A stretch of DNA of 63,673 nt, filler included, from Octopus bimaculoides (lineage: Eukaryota), in the NCBI RefSeq assembly GCF_001194135.2. It is 7 parts of 6 records of this genome, joined end to end, with 100 filler letters (N's around TTAATTAATTAA, not from the genome) between each part and the next. Parts side by side here need not be neighbours in the genome. Positions count along the whole stretch, not along the records: positions 11,094 to 38,995 come from NC_068982.1; 6 more parts are not named here. One strand, written 5' to 3'. The position numbers and the translations under genes are program-made. Position 1 is the first letter of the stretch, and each line of letters begins with the position of its first letter. The notes beneath the pieces were generated by a model that was not told the DNA's origin, did no database searches, and saw only the letters and a list, made by a program, of their open reading frames with translations. This document shows positions 12,846-26,248 of the stretch, piece after piece.

Positions 12846-13439
12846 CATCTCCTTATCTAAATATGGTGACAGCTTATGTTGAGTCGTATACCCCACCTCC
12901 TATCTCCATATGACAAGTAGCAGTCTTATAGTTGATTTTAAGTTTCCTCGCTACACTGGATCCAAAGGACACAAGAATAATGATGAGGATTATCTTTGCT
13001 GATATGTTTTTGTATGTAATTAAGTACTCCATAAATCTCCTTTGACCTGGTTTCATGATGGGGTTTGGGTTGATATCTACGTATAATCTTAAAGCATACA
13101 CACATATACGCTTATCCATCTATACATATATATATAACACTATTTTCGTGGATAACAGTTAAAATTCAAATTTGCTTTTTTGTTGTAATCTATTTTTTTT
13201 TACATATATACACATACAACACATACATATACATATATCTACACACATGCACTTATGTGCATGCATGTACACACTTATACACTCACATACACAACATGTA
13301 CACACATGTACACACACACATACATCTACACATGTACGTACGTATCAATCTATGTATGCTCATATGGTTATATGTAACTACGTGTATGTATTTCAATATC
13401 ATGCATCTCAACATGTATGTATGGATTTGTAAATAAGAG

Positions 13440-14100
13440 AAAGGAGTGGTTCTAGAGGGGTATTCCCGAGTGGAATCTGCGTATTACCCCATTTGGATTT
13501 ATGGTTGAGAGAGGGTTTGTATTCTTGTATACTGATAGCTACAGTGACTTGTCTCAGCATTGCATTAGTGGGATATGTAGATAAGAAGTTTAACTTAAGT
13601 TTCCCTAAGGAGTTCTTCTGGCAGACTAGAAGATGAAGTTTGGTTTCTTTTCAATGTAGTTGTCCAGGTGTTCTTTGAACCTATCATTGATGCTCCTAGA
13701 AGTCTCACCAATGTACACACACATACACACACACACACACACACGTCTACACACTTAGTTAAATACTCAAGTACATACATAAGTACATACATACTTACAT
13801 ATATACATACATATGTATAGGCATGCACACATGCATACACATATGCATATGCACATACATGTACACACACGTATATACAAACACACATACATATGTACAT
13901 ATATATCATGAACTAGCTGTTACTTTCTCGGATGCAGCATGGAATTTTATCAGTGAACAGGTTGCGGTCTCAAAGCAACAAAAATATTTTGGCAAATTCA
14001 ATTTAAATGTTGAAGTGAATCTAACGGTTGCTGTGTGTTTTAAATGGCTTATAAACACCTTCCACGCTGCAATTGTTTATGTACCAGCACACGATCTCAG
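13440..14100 (-). mobile_element. Penelope-like element GIY-YIG endonuclease fossil, interrupted by a microsatellite
   Basis: Minus-strand VYIGETSRSINDRFKEH (about 13716-13665) and AISIQEYKPSLN downstream. Confidence 0.7.
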
Positions 14101-14246
14101 GCAGGTCATGCGCTATGCAAGTACATCTCCGTAATATATACATATANNNNNNNNNNNNNNNNNNNNNNNNNNNNNNNNNNNNNNNNNNNNNNNNNNNNNN
14201 NNNNNNNNNNNNNNNNNNNNNNNNNNNNNNNNNNNNNNNNNNNNNN

Positions 14247-14288
<42 letters not shown>

Positions 14289-14885
14289 GATATACGACTC
14301 CACTTTTTAGCTAGGAGACAATTTTCAACATAATTTAAGCTCAGTTTTCATTGAGTCCACTGTATTTTTGTGCATGAGAGAGAAGCCTTGTTCTAAACAA
14401 GGACTCTTTTTGTAAAATAATTACAATTTATATTGTGTATCTTTTTTAAATAATTTAAGTTTTTAATTTAGCATTTATCTTCTTTTACTGCAGACAACCT
14501 ATTGACAAAATGTTGTTTCCTAGTCAGGTGTGTATGTGTGTGTTTGTCATTTGGTTTGCACACTGTATCAATAAAACTGTTTTTAAGTGCGTATCTTGAA
14601 AGTTTGTATGAGGCGTGCTATCTGACCAAGCAGAAAAGCACATTGATTTTACATATTAATGGTAAGGTGTGGTGACTTCAAGAGAACTTAATTAAATACT
14701 CTATGAAAAACAAACTTTCCAACTTGTTTTAAAGAACATGCAAGGAACAGAAGCATTAGAATAGTAATAATGTGAAATTCTAACTTTGAAGGAGAGTATA
14801 ACTTCAATTACATATAATGAATATCAAATGAAGATGTGTTTTGTTGTTGATGTTAGAAACTGAATATATTTGTTTACACCAATAC

Positions 14886-14995
14886 CTGCATTGCAATTAT
14901 TTTAAAGATGTCTTTCAGTTTGGCCAGTTCTACATCATGTTCTGGTGTATTGGTATTACTATCATAAGGATCTTCAAATGAATATACTGATGAGT
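14886..14995 (-). CDS. Candidate exon E5 of unknown minus-strand gene (phase 1 to 0): SSVYSFEDPYDSNTNTPEHDVELAKLKDIFKIIAMQ
   Basis: Acceptor aaaacttatttctAG, donor CAG|GTATTG, open frame, phase matches E4. Confidence 0.65.
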
Positions 14996-16230
14996 CTAGA
15001 AATAAGTTTTAAAATGTTAACAATGTAAGGAAATTTATAATGAAATTTACTTAGGGAATTATATAAAAAACACAAACACATCAAGATTTCTTTTTCAAAC
15101 TGTTTACAGTTAAAATTTGTTACAAGCAAAAGAAGCAGTATTAGTTCAAAACAATAATCTGTGTCATGCCTAAAATAGATACACCACTGAAAGCTTGATA
15201 GACTGCAGTATTCATATTGAGATAGCATCAGCAGTAGTGGTGGCCCTGATAGATGAATATTTCTACCTTTTTAGGCTTCCAGCGCTGTTGTTGAATGATT
15301 TTCATCTGTTTCTGATATATCTCTTTGTCTTCAAGAGATGTTATTTCACTATCTTGAAACTAATTCTGCAGTTTATGATACACAAATTGCTATTTTGAAC
15401 TAATATTACCCCTAACAAATTTTCATTCAGCCTGCTGGCTAGTTGCAACATTTGTGGTATTTGATCATCACTGAAATGAATACCACAGTTTATCAGGCTT
15501 TCAATGATGTATCTGCTTTACGTATGACATATAGATTACTATTTTGTTTACACTTCAGAAAATTTAGTTATATGGATTCATAAAAGTTCCTTTTTATTAG
15601 TATGTTCAAACTGGAAGAGAACTAATCACAGCTGATGAAGACTTTCTTATATTCAATGTAAAAGCTCTGAGAGTAAAATACTTTAATTGAAGATTGCACA
15701 TACTTGATTGCTAGTTTGAATGAGAGAGAGATTTAGTATACCAAGCAACAAATGAGAGAGATTTAGATTATCAAGCAACAAATGTAATGAACTTGGCTCC
15801 AAATATGTAAAATATGACAAAAATGTTGATTAGGTAAAGATATGTAATGCAGATATATCACATGCATAGTGGTACTGAATTCTACAAATTGGGGGAAGGT
15901 ATCCATAGCATAAGTCATGATAAGAAAAATACTTCAGGACTTCACCAATGACATAACATAAGACTAAAACTCATGAAAAATTGCTGTATTGTAAATCAAT
16001 CCATTCAAGTCAGAGCAAGAATAGAGACATTAAAACACTGATGATGCCAAAGTCGATCAAATTATGTTGATCATTAGATCAACATAAGAGAAATATAGTA
16101 TTATTAAATAAATAAGAACATAATTTGCATAAGTATTAAACTGAAACGAAGACAGTGTCTCTAATTCCACTAATAGGACAGTTTTATTGAAAATGATGAC
16201 TGCCAGCTCACTGGCTTGTCAGTGCATATA

Positions 16231-17574
16231 TCAGGTCATCCCATAAGTTCTGTCCGGTTTTACCTTTTTTAAAAGTGAATGAAATTTAATAGTATTTTAG
16301 AATGTCTAATGGAATTAAAAATAATTTTTATGCATTTGTGCACATTTAAACTAATTAAATATTATTTTACAGAATAATATGGAGGTATCCAAAGAGCATT
16401 TGAGCATTTGAGGCACATAATGATTTATGAGTACAAAAAAGGAAACTCTGCAACCAAAGTGACTCAAAACATACACTCAGTTTATGGAAAAGAATGTTTG
16501 AATGAAAGAACTTGCTGAAGATGGTTTGCAAAATTCAGAAGTGGAAATTTCAGCCTTGAAGATGAAGATCAAACAGGACATCCAGTTGAGTCTGATGATA
16601 AGCTCCTTAAGGCACTACTTAAAGAAAATCTTGCATTATCAGTTAAAGAATTGGCAATAAAGCTTAGTTCAAACCATACAACTGTTCATCGTCATCTTAA
16701 ACAACTTGGAAAGGTTCCTAAACTTGGAAAATGGGTGCCTCATGAATTGTCCAAAAGCAACTGCAAATTCTGAGTTGACATCAGCTCTTCTCTTCATTCT
16801 TGCGAACTCATTTCACCCTTTTTGGATAGACTTGTGACTGGTGACAAAAAATGGATCTTCTATCAAAATGTTAAACGTCGTAAAAGGGAAAAAGCTCAAC
16901 CACAACCGAGAAGAGAACTTCATGGGAAAAAGGCTCTTCTCTCTATCTGGTGGGATTGCAAAGGAGTAATTCACTTTACCTAATGCAACAGTCAGCAATT
17001 AGAGCATTTGAACCAAGCTTTAAAGATAAAAAGACTCGCTTTAGTGAACCAAAAAGGAGTGATGTTTCATCAGGACAATGCGTGACCCCACACTGCAAAG
17101 ATCACATCACAGAAGATCAAAGAGCTTGGTTGGGAAAAAATTCCTCATCCATCTTATTCTCCCGACCTTGCTCCTTCAGACTACCATTCATTTCGTAGTT
17201 TACAGAATCATTTGGGAGTGCATAACTTTCGCAAGCCAGAAGGAGGAGGTCGAAACTGACATTTCAGAGTTCTTCGCTTTGAAACCAAACGAGTTTTACA
17301 TTGATGGGATTGGTCTAGTTGACACTCCATCGGTTACAACGACAAGAGTTCCAGTTGATCTGATCAATGGAACAGCCTGCTCATGAAATTAACGGGCAAG
17401 TGGCTGAGCACTCCACAGACATGTGTTGATGGGATTAAAAAGCTTGTAAATAGATGGAAGGAAGTCATAAATAATCAGGGAAAGTACATTGACGATTAAA
17501 TTTCAATTAAATATAACATTTGATCACTTGTTTTCTTTATTCAAAATTTGGACAGAACTTATGGGATGACTTGA
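16231..17574 (+). mobile_element. Mariner (D,D34D-type) transposon, full length, inactive
   Basis: 25-bp TIRs (tcaggtcatcccataagttctgtcc / ggacagaacttatgggatgacttga) flanked by TA. Frameshifted transposase at 16379-17499 with WVPHEL, TGDKKW, HQDNA and YSPDLAPSDYH motifs. Confidence 0.95.
17312..17425 (-). mobile_element. 5'-truncated retroposon (family E) inserted in the mariner
   Basis: 11-bp TSD ttgatgggatt at 17301-17311 and 17426-17436; matches 7828-7941. Confidence 0.9.
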
Positions 17575-17656
17575 TAAATATTAAGCACTTTTATTAAAGC
17601 ATAAATAGTTTACTCATAAATTTTATTTAAACTGTAGGTGCCTTCCATCAATTTAC

Positions 17657-17838
17657 AGTATTTAGCATGAACTGAACTAGCTAGCTGCATATGTTCTGGA
17701 CTCAAACATCTTTCTTCCACCCTCACAGTATTTCTCTCCCAGATGCTACATAAAGATTTCGCACTGTCTTCCCATCCCACAGAACTGCAAATCTTTGAAA
17801 TTTCCTTCTTATCACATTTCTCATACAAAAGAAGAGCC
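17657..17838 (-). CDS. Candidate exon E4 (phase 2 to 1): ALLLYEKCDKKEISKICSSVGWEDSAKSLCSIWERNTVRVEERCLSPEHMQLASSVHAKY
   Basis: Acceptor tatattcactttcaacatttatAG and 60 open codons. The donor ACT|GTAAAT is weaker, so the 3' boundary is less certain. Confidence 0.7.
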
Positions 17839-19508
17839 CTATAAATGTTGAAAGTGAATATAAACTGTATTAATCTCACTGATCTGGAAAGGCTTGATTA
17901 TTCACTTAGCACAGAGGACAAACTATTGAGTTCTCATCTAATCTTTCCTCTCATACTGAGTAAGGCTGCTTCCTAAATAGTACTGTTAGTTTTGGCCATT
18001 AGTTACTAATTAGAACCTTGTTCTTTTTCATGTTAGCTATCAGACATACAGATCTTATACTTAAGGTCTGAAATCTCATAGAAATAGCAGGCTTGTTACT
18101 TCTTAGGATATTTGATAGCTTCTGCTATGACAACAAAGCTAATAGACTATAACAGGTCATTCAACTACTTATTACAATAAGACTTTTTTGATCACACCAA
18201 GATTTCATTCTGATGCAGAAATTGGCATAACTATCCCAAAAAGTTTTATAATCAAACTTGCAGGGACCTTGCTTGGCCCTGCCTGAGATTTGAAACCAAA
18301 TCTACCCACTTGTTACTTGTCAAAGCAAGCAGGGAAATCCTCTCCACACCAGATGATTGATGGGGAAACACTTGACCCCAAGGACTTGTGTTGGTCAAAG
18401 AAAAGTCAGTCCTTTGTTTAGGATTTGACCAAATTACTGACCATAGTCTATATAAAAGAGAGCAGTTATCTCTTGCTCATTTGTGTCAGCCATGACCAAG
18501 AGCAGCACTTTCCCTTCACTCGATATACAAAGAGCATTCGGCCACAAGAAAGGCGATGCCATCTTTATCCTTTCTTCCATTCTAGTCAGCACCATACATT
18601 CTTTACTCTTTCCCTTCTAAACTATCAACAACCAACCAGCGAGCGAACTTGTTGTCATTGCCACTACAATTACTACTGTATCTCTCTAACTACATATTGG
18701 GCAAACGAATAAATATACGTAAATAATATTTCTTCCTTTTTGGTGTTGATTCTTCAATGTTTACTGGTTACTCCAACGCAAGAATCTTCAAGTGCTACAT
18801 CTACACACAACATTTGGTAGATGGCTACATCATATCGACATGATATGGCATGTCACTTCAGCCCACTACAAATGTTACAGCAATCACTTGAATGCCTTGC
18901 AGTATTTAATTATGTTCTTTTACAATTTAAGTGCAAATCTCATCAAAGTTGACTTTAACTTTTATAATTCTGGTTTCTATTTAATCAATTAATTTTACTC
19001 TTTACTACACTTGATGCAAATTTTTAAAATTAATATTATTGTTAGACTTTGAGTCATTAGAAATTATGATCCTCAGAACTGTATGAATATCCTTGCAAAT
19101 GATGTTATCTGATGAACTATTTAACTAATATTTAAGTTACATGTTTCTCAGTGCACTGCTTCAAATTTGCAAATGCTGAAAACAATTTACTTGTTATCCA
19201 TCTGGATGCAACACATCTTTGCATGTTTGATGTAATCTTATATTTGATCAGCAGTTTCAGAAAATCATATGCAAATCTCTTTGATTAATTATAGTCAAAT
19301 TATTTATTTTTCAAATTTTCTTTTTATGCTATAACTGATTAGCTAAGTCTATTGAATTAATGACATAATACTGCTAAAAATGAATAGCATAAAGTTATTA
19401 ATATATATAATCAACTCCTCTAATGTTGATAAAATACACATCACAAAAGGAGAATCATTCAACTACAGTAGTAGTTGAATAATATTCTTAAGGCCGTAAT
19501 TTACTCAC

Positions 19509-19590
19509 ACACAGCATTTTTCAGAGCTTGTTGCTAATTCACTTCTTAACCAAATTGAAAATTGATAACACTTTTGAAGTGGACTGGTCC
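19509..19590 (-). CDS. Candidate exon E3 (phase 1 to 2): TSPLQKCYQFSIWLRSELATSSEKCC
   Basis: Acceptor ...aatgtagctAG, donor TGT|GTGAGT; phases match E2 and E4. Confidence 0.7.
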
Positions 19591-19892
19591 CTAGCTACAT
19601 TTTGGCATTAAAAAAAATTGAGATTTGATCCAATAGAAAAAAGTTTACATCAAAATTTGCAGCAATGTTATAGGAGAGTAAGTAATGCCTCCAATCAAGT
19701 TTAAATCTAAATAACTTATTTACTTTAAAAGCAAAAATATATTTATCTTAGCTTCAATGATAGAAGAAAGCATGAGGAATTTCATAGTTTTGCTCCCATG
19801 CAACAAAAATTTGTATCAAAAAAGTTGTAAGGTAAAATATCGTGAAAATATAAGTAAGGCAAAAAATTGGATTCAAGTATTCTTTTATTTCA

Positions 19893-20131
19893 ATCTTTTA
19901 ACTATGGCCATGCTGGAGCACCACGTCTAGTCAAACAAATTGACCTCAGGAATTAAAGCCTAGTACTTATCCTTCAGCGTCTTTTGCCAAACCACTAAGT
20001 TACGGGGACGTAAACACACCAACATCAGTTGTCAAGCAATGGTGGGGGGACAAACACAGACATACATATATACACACACATACATACATACACACACATA
20101 CATACATACACACACACACATACATACATAC

Positions 20132-20166
<35 letters not shown>

Positions 20167-20323
20167 TACGATGGGCTTCTGTCAGTTTCCGTCTACTCAC
20201 AAAGCTTTGGTCAGCCCGAGGCTATAGTAGAAGACACATGCCCAAGGTGCCACACAGTAGGACTGAGCCCGGAACCATGTGGTTGGTAAGCAAGCGACCT
20301 ACTACACAGCCATACCTGTGCCT
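19893..20323 (-). mobile_element. SINE family A, near full length with central (CA)/(TA) tract
   Basis: Head, CORE-like body and 3' tail (ggccatgctggagcacc) all present. Confidence 0.9.
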
Positions 20324-20626
20324 ATTATAACTAACTTTTTTATTTTAAGAACAAACTATATTTTAATTAAGCTTAAATGGTAGAGCTCAACTCGAGGAAT
20401 TTCATGGTATCAATCTCATGCAATGAAGTTTTAAAAGAAAAAAGTTAGTGTTTGTTTCTCAAATTTCAGGGTAATAATGTAGTTCTGTATTTTTTTATGA
20501 ATATAGTTCTATAAGGGGACTTTTAATATATGTCATCATTGAGGTAAGGAAAAAATTATCAATGACATTGCTAATTGTCACATTATTAATTAGCATAATA
20601 GCATAGCCTGGAAAAAACATTGATTA

Positions 20627-21487
20627 CATGGAAAAATGCGAGCAAGAGAAATAATATTCTTAAATTCATAAACCTGGAAAAGTACAGGACAAGGTTATTA
20701 CACTTGGAAAAGTTCAGGACAAGTTATTACATCTGGTAAGGTACAGAACAAGAAAATTTTTACTTAAAATATTGCAGCTAAGGATAAAATTTGAATATTA
20801 AATATGGAATATTAAAAATTATTTACAAAGTAACATTATAATTAAAAAAAAAGTACCATCAATTTATTAAAATATCGACACACAAGAATATGTAAAAAAT
20901 GAGAGCCAGAAGTACCAATATAGCTAAAGTTTTATGTGAAGTAGAATAGTATATATGGTAGGCAAATTCATGATGTAAAAAATAGGTGTTGGATCAAGAC
21001 TAAAAATGTGAAGATTTGGCAACAACTTAGGCAATAACTCAAGTAAATTTTACTGTGAATTTGTTGTTATAGGTAGATTTTACTGTAATACATAACTAAT
21101 TTTTGTATTAATTAGTAAGTACAATAAATAGACAATGTACTACTATTATTTTTTATAACCTACTTTCAAATTTCTAATTAATTAATAATCAAAAAATGAA
21201 TTTTTTTTTAAGTGCAAAAAATATTTTAGTTGAGTTATTTTTTTATTTTTAATAGAAGTAACAAGTAATAACAAATAGAAGTAATAACTTGTAATAACTT
21301 TTTTTAGTTTTAATAAAAGTTAATATTTTCTAAATTTAAATATTTTATTTGAAATTTTATCATTAACTGCAATATTTTAAGTAAAAATTTTCTTGTTCTG
21401 TACTTTACCAGTTGTAATAACTTGTCCTGTACTTTTCTAGGTTTATAAGTTTCAGAATATTATTTCTTTTGCTCGCATTTTTCCATG
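20627..21487. mobile_element. TA-flanked long-TIR non-autonomous DNA transposon (foldback/MITE)
   Basis: TA|CATGG...CCATG|TA ends. Inverted arms of about 165-190 bp (about 20627-20820 and 21330-21487) around an AT-rich spacer; the left arm carries an extra duplication of about 28 bp. Confidence 0.85.
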
Positions 21488-22213
21488 TAATACATACTTT
21501 TTGTCACATGTTGCTAAAGCTTTGGTATCCTAATTTCTATATCTTCCCCCATAAATCTTCATTGTACATAAATTAAAAAGCTAATCGTTTCATCCCATTT
21601 GGTTATATTACATAATGAGAAAAAATATTTGATACCATATCAACTAAAATGTAAATAAATGAAAATAAAATAGCATTTTTCTCAGCTTACATTGTCAAAA
21701 GGAAAATTTTTTTCAAGTCATATTGTCAATATTTGAATTTTTTAAAGATTATTGGTGCCAATATCTGCAAAAAATTATGTGGATAAGTGAATTTGATAAG
21801 TGTAATCCATTCATCCACAAAAATTTATGCATAAACATATTTCTGTTACATTTCATTTTTTATGTTTTGTGAAAAACTTGTAGTTCACTCAGTTTATAAC
21901 AAACTGAATAAATTTTGCTGCTTACATAAAATCTGAATATCCTACTAAAAATGTAAATTTTTAAAAAAGAACATTCATTTTGCTAATAAGTAATCCATTT
22001 GAACCTTTTAAGAAACAAATATAGAAAACAAACAAATATAGAAAAAAAACAATGGCACCTAACATTATGGAATCTGGATATACTGGATAGGAGTAATGAT
22101 ATAAGTGGTATTCAGTTATTATGCTTGTTATACATTGGATAAAAAATGCAACAAATCAAATTAAATTCTTTTGTACTTCCATTTTAATTTTATTCAGATA
22201 AAAAGATACATAC

Positions 22214-22242
22214 CTGTCAATATTTTAATCATTTGTGATAAC
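22214..22242 (-). CDS. Candidate 29-nt exon E2 (phase 2 to 1): LSQMIKILT
   Basis: Acceptor gatattttatctggttttAG, donor CAG|GTATGT; TG|G joins E1 as Trp. Confidence 0.7.
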
Positions 22243-23539
22243 CTAAAACCAGATAAAATATCAATCATAAAATAAGAAATTATAAATTACAAAGTAGAAA
22301 AATATCAATAACAACAAAAAATAAATTTTGAAATAAAATCTAAAAAATAGAAATTCATGTTAAATTTTGTTGTATCTTGGGAGGGTCACTGTGTCAGTAA
22401 TAAACACATGCACTGGTCCAGTTTTACTTCTTTATCAATTGGTTTGCTATTTAACCAACTAATTAATCAATTATTTGATCCATCATTTGATAAAAATCAA
22501 TCAATCAGTTGTGTCTGCCAAAGTCAACATTCATTACCTTTTCAATGACAGGTTAGCTTCAGGTCTGTAATATTAGTTTTCTATTTTTTAGCTTCAGGTT
22601 CAATATTTATGTAGTTGTAGTGGGAATGTACTTGACAAAGGTAGGAAAAAAAGAAAGAGTGTGAATGCATAAATGTATGAGAGTGTTGTAGTTGGTTCTA
22701 TGAGCACATCCATTAGAGAGAATGTGTGTGTCTACAAGTGTATGTGTATGTTCATGAGTGTACGTGGTGAAAAGTTTATTCATTGTGCACACACACATAC
22801 ACCAAAAAGCACATGCATGCATGCATGCATGCACGCACACACACACACTCGTTCTCTCCCTCCTTCTCTAATGTTCTTACTTACAAAACCAACACCACCA
22901 CACAAACATGCATACACACACACACTTTCTTTCATTATTACTCTCCTTCTCAAGTACATTCCCACTCACATACAACTACATAAATTTTTTGAACCTAAGA
23001 CTAAAAGACTGACCAACCTGAAGCTGACCTGGAACAGAGAGGGCATGACATTGAAAAGATCACAAATGGTAATGAAAGAATTTTCACAAACACATTATCT
23101 GATTTACCAAATGATTAACCAAACAATCTATTAGTTCAATCTATTAGGTCAAATAGTAAACTGATTGACTAATAATGAAGAAGTGAAATTGCACCAGTGC
23201 ACATGCTTATTATTAGCACGATGAACCTCCTATGAGACAACAAAGTCTGTTTCAAAACACAATTTCAAATCAAGAATTTTGTAAATCAAATACAGAAAGA
23301 AAATGCTTTGATAATTTAGATTCTTTTTATTTTACATTTCAAATTTTTTTTCTGATTTAGTGAATCTTTTACGTTAATGAAATAAGAATGGACATGTTTA
23401 AGAAAAATATGCAAAAGGAACAATCAGCCAATAATAAAACTGAACATTGGAAATTACAATAAAAGCTAAGTTATATGCATTTGTTTACTACTCACAGTTG
23501 TGCTTATATAGTTTTATTTATTTGTTGTTTTTTTTTAGA

Positions 23540-26140
23540 ACACTCTAGAGATTGGACAAGATGTATTTTGTTGGTGCATTTCTGCTTTGGCATGTTTCTA
23601 TAGTTGGATGCCCTTCCTAATGCCAACTACTTTACAGCATGGACCAAGTACTTTTTCATGCCACTGAGGTCACCATGCAGTTAACAGGATTATGAACCCT
23701 GAGACTGGTGGAGGTCATCTCTATGCTAGAGGACAAGGGAATCGCTATGAGATGGGTGGGGTAGGTTTATCTAATTGGGAAAAGGGAGAAAGAGAAAATG
23801 TTCATTAGGAACTGCAAGAGACAGATAATAGCAATGAGGTGCCCAGATGGTCCCATGAAGCACAAGTCGAGTAGAAGCAGTTGGATCAGTTAGCAAGATT
23901 GTATAGAAAAGAGAATGAGGGAAGAAGGGACAGACTGATAAAATGGGTAGGGTTGAAGGGTGGATGAACAAGAACACTGAGCTAGGAAAGATAGAGGTTA
24001 CGCAGAAAAGAGAGAGAGAGGGTAGTGAGCAGCAGGAGTAGTAAGATGGTCGGAGTTACCTATGGGGAGGACAAGAGAGGGAGATGGAATGGCCGGATAG
24101 TCTGTAAGAGTCAATGAAGAAGGGAGGCAGGCATAGTGCATGAGGGGAAGGAGAGAATTGTTGTAACATGCATGGGGAGAATGAAACATATCACTTCCAG
24201 AACTGTTACACTGAGGAAGATAAGTCTTTTTAAGAATCTTATATCACTGTGATCGGCGTTTTCTTTATACAACTGTATCACCATACCAGCATAGTCTCCT
24301 TTCTTGAACACATCTGATTCCTCTTATGCCAGTTTTTCATTCAGTATCTTAGTACTGATTCTTTCACACACTCACATTGCACATCCAACAGAACATGTTT
24401 ACTTCATCTTTTTCCAGTCTTCTCAAGTCCTCTGTATTTAAGGCCCATGTTTTACTACCATGCAGCATTGTAATTCTAACACAAGCATCATACAATCTAC
24501 CCTTTTATCTTAGGGAAAAAACCCTTGCTGTCAACAGTGGCAGTAGCTCCCTGAACTTTCTCCAACCCATTCTTACTCAAGTTACTCTAACTACTATACT
24601 TTTAAAGCAACCAACTCCCTTGCTAATCTCCTGGTAACAAAAGTTCTACTACTTCTAACAACTCATCTGAATAATTAAGAGACAGCTCCAGTGCATCATA
24701 TATGGAATTTACATTCTTGGATCTCTGCAGGTGACTCTACTACATCTCGCGTGTCCATAGTTTACATCAAATACAGTAAAACCTTCATCTGTACCAGATT
24801 TACCTTCCATACCTGGAATTTCTTCTGTAATTCCCATATAGATTCAGCTCTCAGACCTAGATCATTAGAATATAGGAGTTCCCATATGGACAGCCAATCT
24901 TAAACTCCTCAGTAATGGCTGGACTATGATGGATAGATGACTGAGAACTGACTCTTGATGGACTATTATCATCACACTAAATTTATCTCTTGTCATTGCC
25001 AACTGTCATTTTACTTACTGTGTCCTTGTACAAAGTTTGAACTGCCTGCACAAGCCATTTGTCTTCATCTAGTTTCTTTAGAGTCTACCAAATTACTGGA
25101 TGTGATACCCTGTTAAATGCTTTCTCCAAATCAACAAGAGCTAGGAGTAGTGGTAATTCTTAGTCAGGTATTCTCCTGCAGTTGCCTCATTAGGAAGGTT
25201 GCATCTGTATGCGTTTCCAGGTATAAATTCAAACTGCATCTATCCAGATATACTTTACCACAGATTAAATGGGCTGACTTTCTCCATGATGTTCACAATT
25301 CAGTCTAGAAGTTTGATTCCTTCATAGATGCTTCTCTCTAAGGCATCACCATTGCCCCTATAACAGTTTACAATGATATTGTTATACCAGTCATTGAGTA
25401 TAACACCCTCCATCCTGAATGACTTTATTACCTATTTAAGTAGTAATCATGTATCCTACTTCCCCAGATACTTTAAGCATCTCTGCAACTAAGACTGATG
25501 GGCTTGCAGCTTTCCCTTCCTTCGTATCCTTGATTACTTTATTTACCACACTACTGTCAACTTGAATAGCTGGTCTCTTTATTGGCTCAGCATGGGATAA
25601 TCCTTGTGTAATCCATGCATTCTCCACATTCAGCAGCCTTTCATAATAGCACTTTCTCACCATTTTCTTTTGTTCCATAACAATGAGTTTGCTTTTATCA
25701 TCCAGAATACACTTTTCGCCAATATCTTCATTCTCTCTCACACGTTGCCTTGCACTCCTGAATATTTCCTGCTTCTGATCACCGTGTTGCAGAACATGAG
25801 CAAATCTCTTCCTTTCTGCTCAACTTTAGCCAAGCACACCTAACACCTAGATGCTCTTCTGGTCATTAGGTGGTGCTCCCTACTACCACTATCCTTCCAG
25901 TTTTTCCAAGCCTCTCTCTTAGCTTTGACTGCCCTATCAACCTTATCGTTCCACCACCATGTTATTTTTGGCTTGGCTGGGACTTTGCACCAACCACATG
26001 TTTGATCTGTAGCCCTAAGCAGGTTATTTCAAGTACACTCTTGGTTATTTATGCTATAGGTATCTAAATCTTCTTCTCTACAGACATGTGTGTCAGAATT
26101 TCTCTAAACCTGTACCCAGTTGCTGGAACTTTTCATTTCC
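23540..26140 (-). mobile_element. RTE-clade LINE, 5'-truncated and degraded ORF2 plus 3' UTR
   Basis: YYERLLNVEN...KEGKAASPSVLVAEMLKVSG (25741-25436), RT C-terminal remnants near 24170-24340, and the RTE tail motif at about 23606. Confidence 0.85.
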
Positions 26141-26248
26141 AACAGGAGATATATAACTATACCTGCTGATTTCTTTTTCTTCTAATAAATAAGTGTTTCA
26201 CTGAAATTCCTTAAAATAATACAGATAAGAACTGGGATTCAACAATAT

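Noticed and set aside
11884-14661. Plus-strand exon-like pieces (11884-11900 DAIVFT; 14494-14527; 14588-14661 AYLESLYEACY...)
   Set aside because: They are short, the first lies inside a Helitron and does not chain in phase, the intervening intron is only 60 nt, and they oppose the better-supported minus-strand gene.
14985-15010. CTGATGA-gtcta-GAAA on the plus strand
   Set aside because: No stem II or stem III pairing; a chance hammerhead-like match inside exon E5.
21690-21930. Minus-strand exon-like pieces with GTAAGC donors (about 21691-21765 and 21926-21941)
   Set aside because: In-frame stops, or phases incompatible with the five-exon chain. They cannot be excluded as alternative exons without RNA data.
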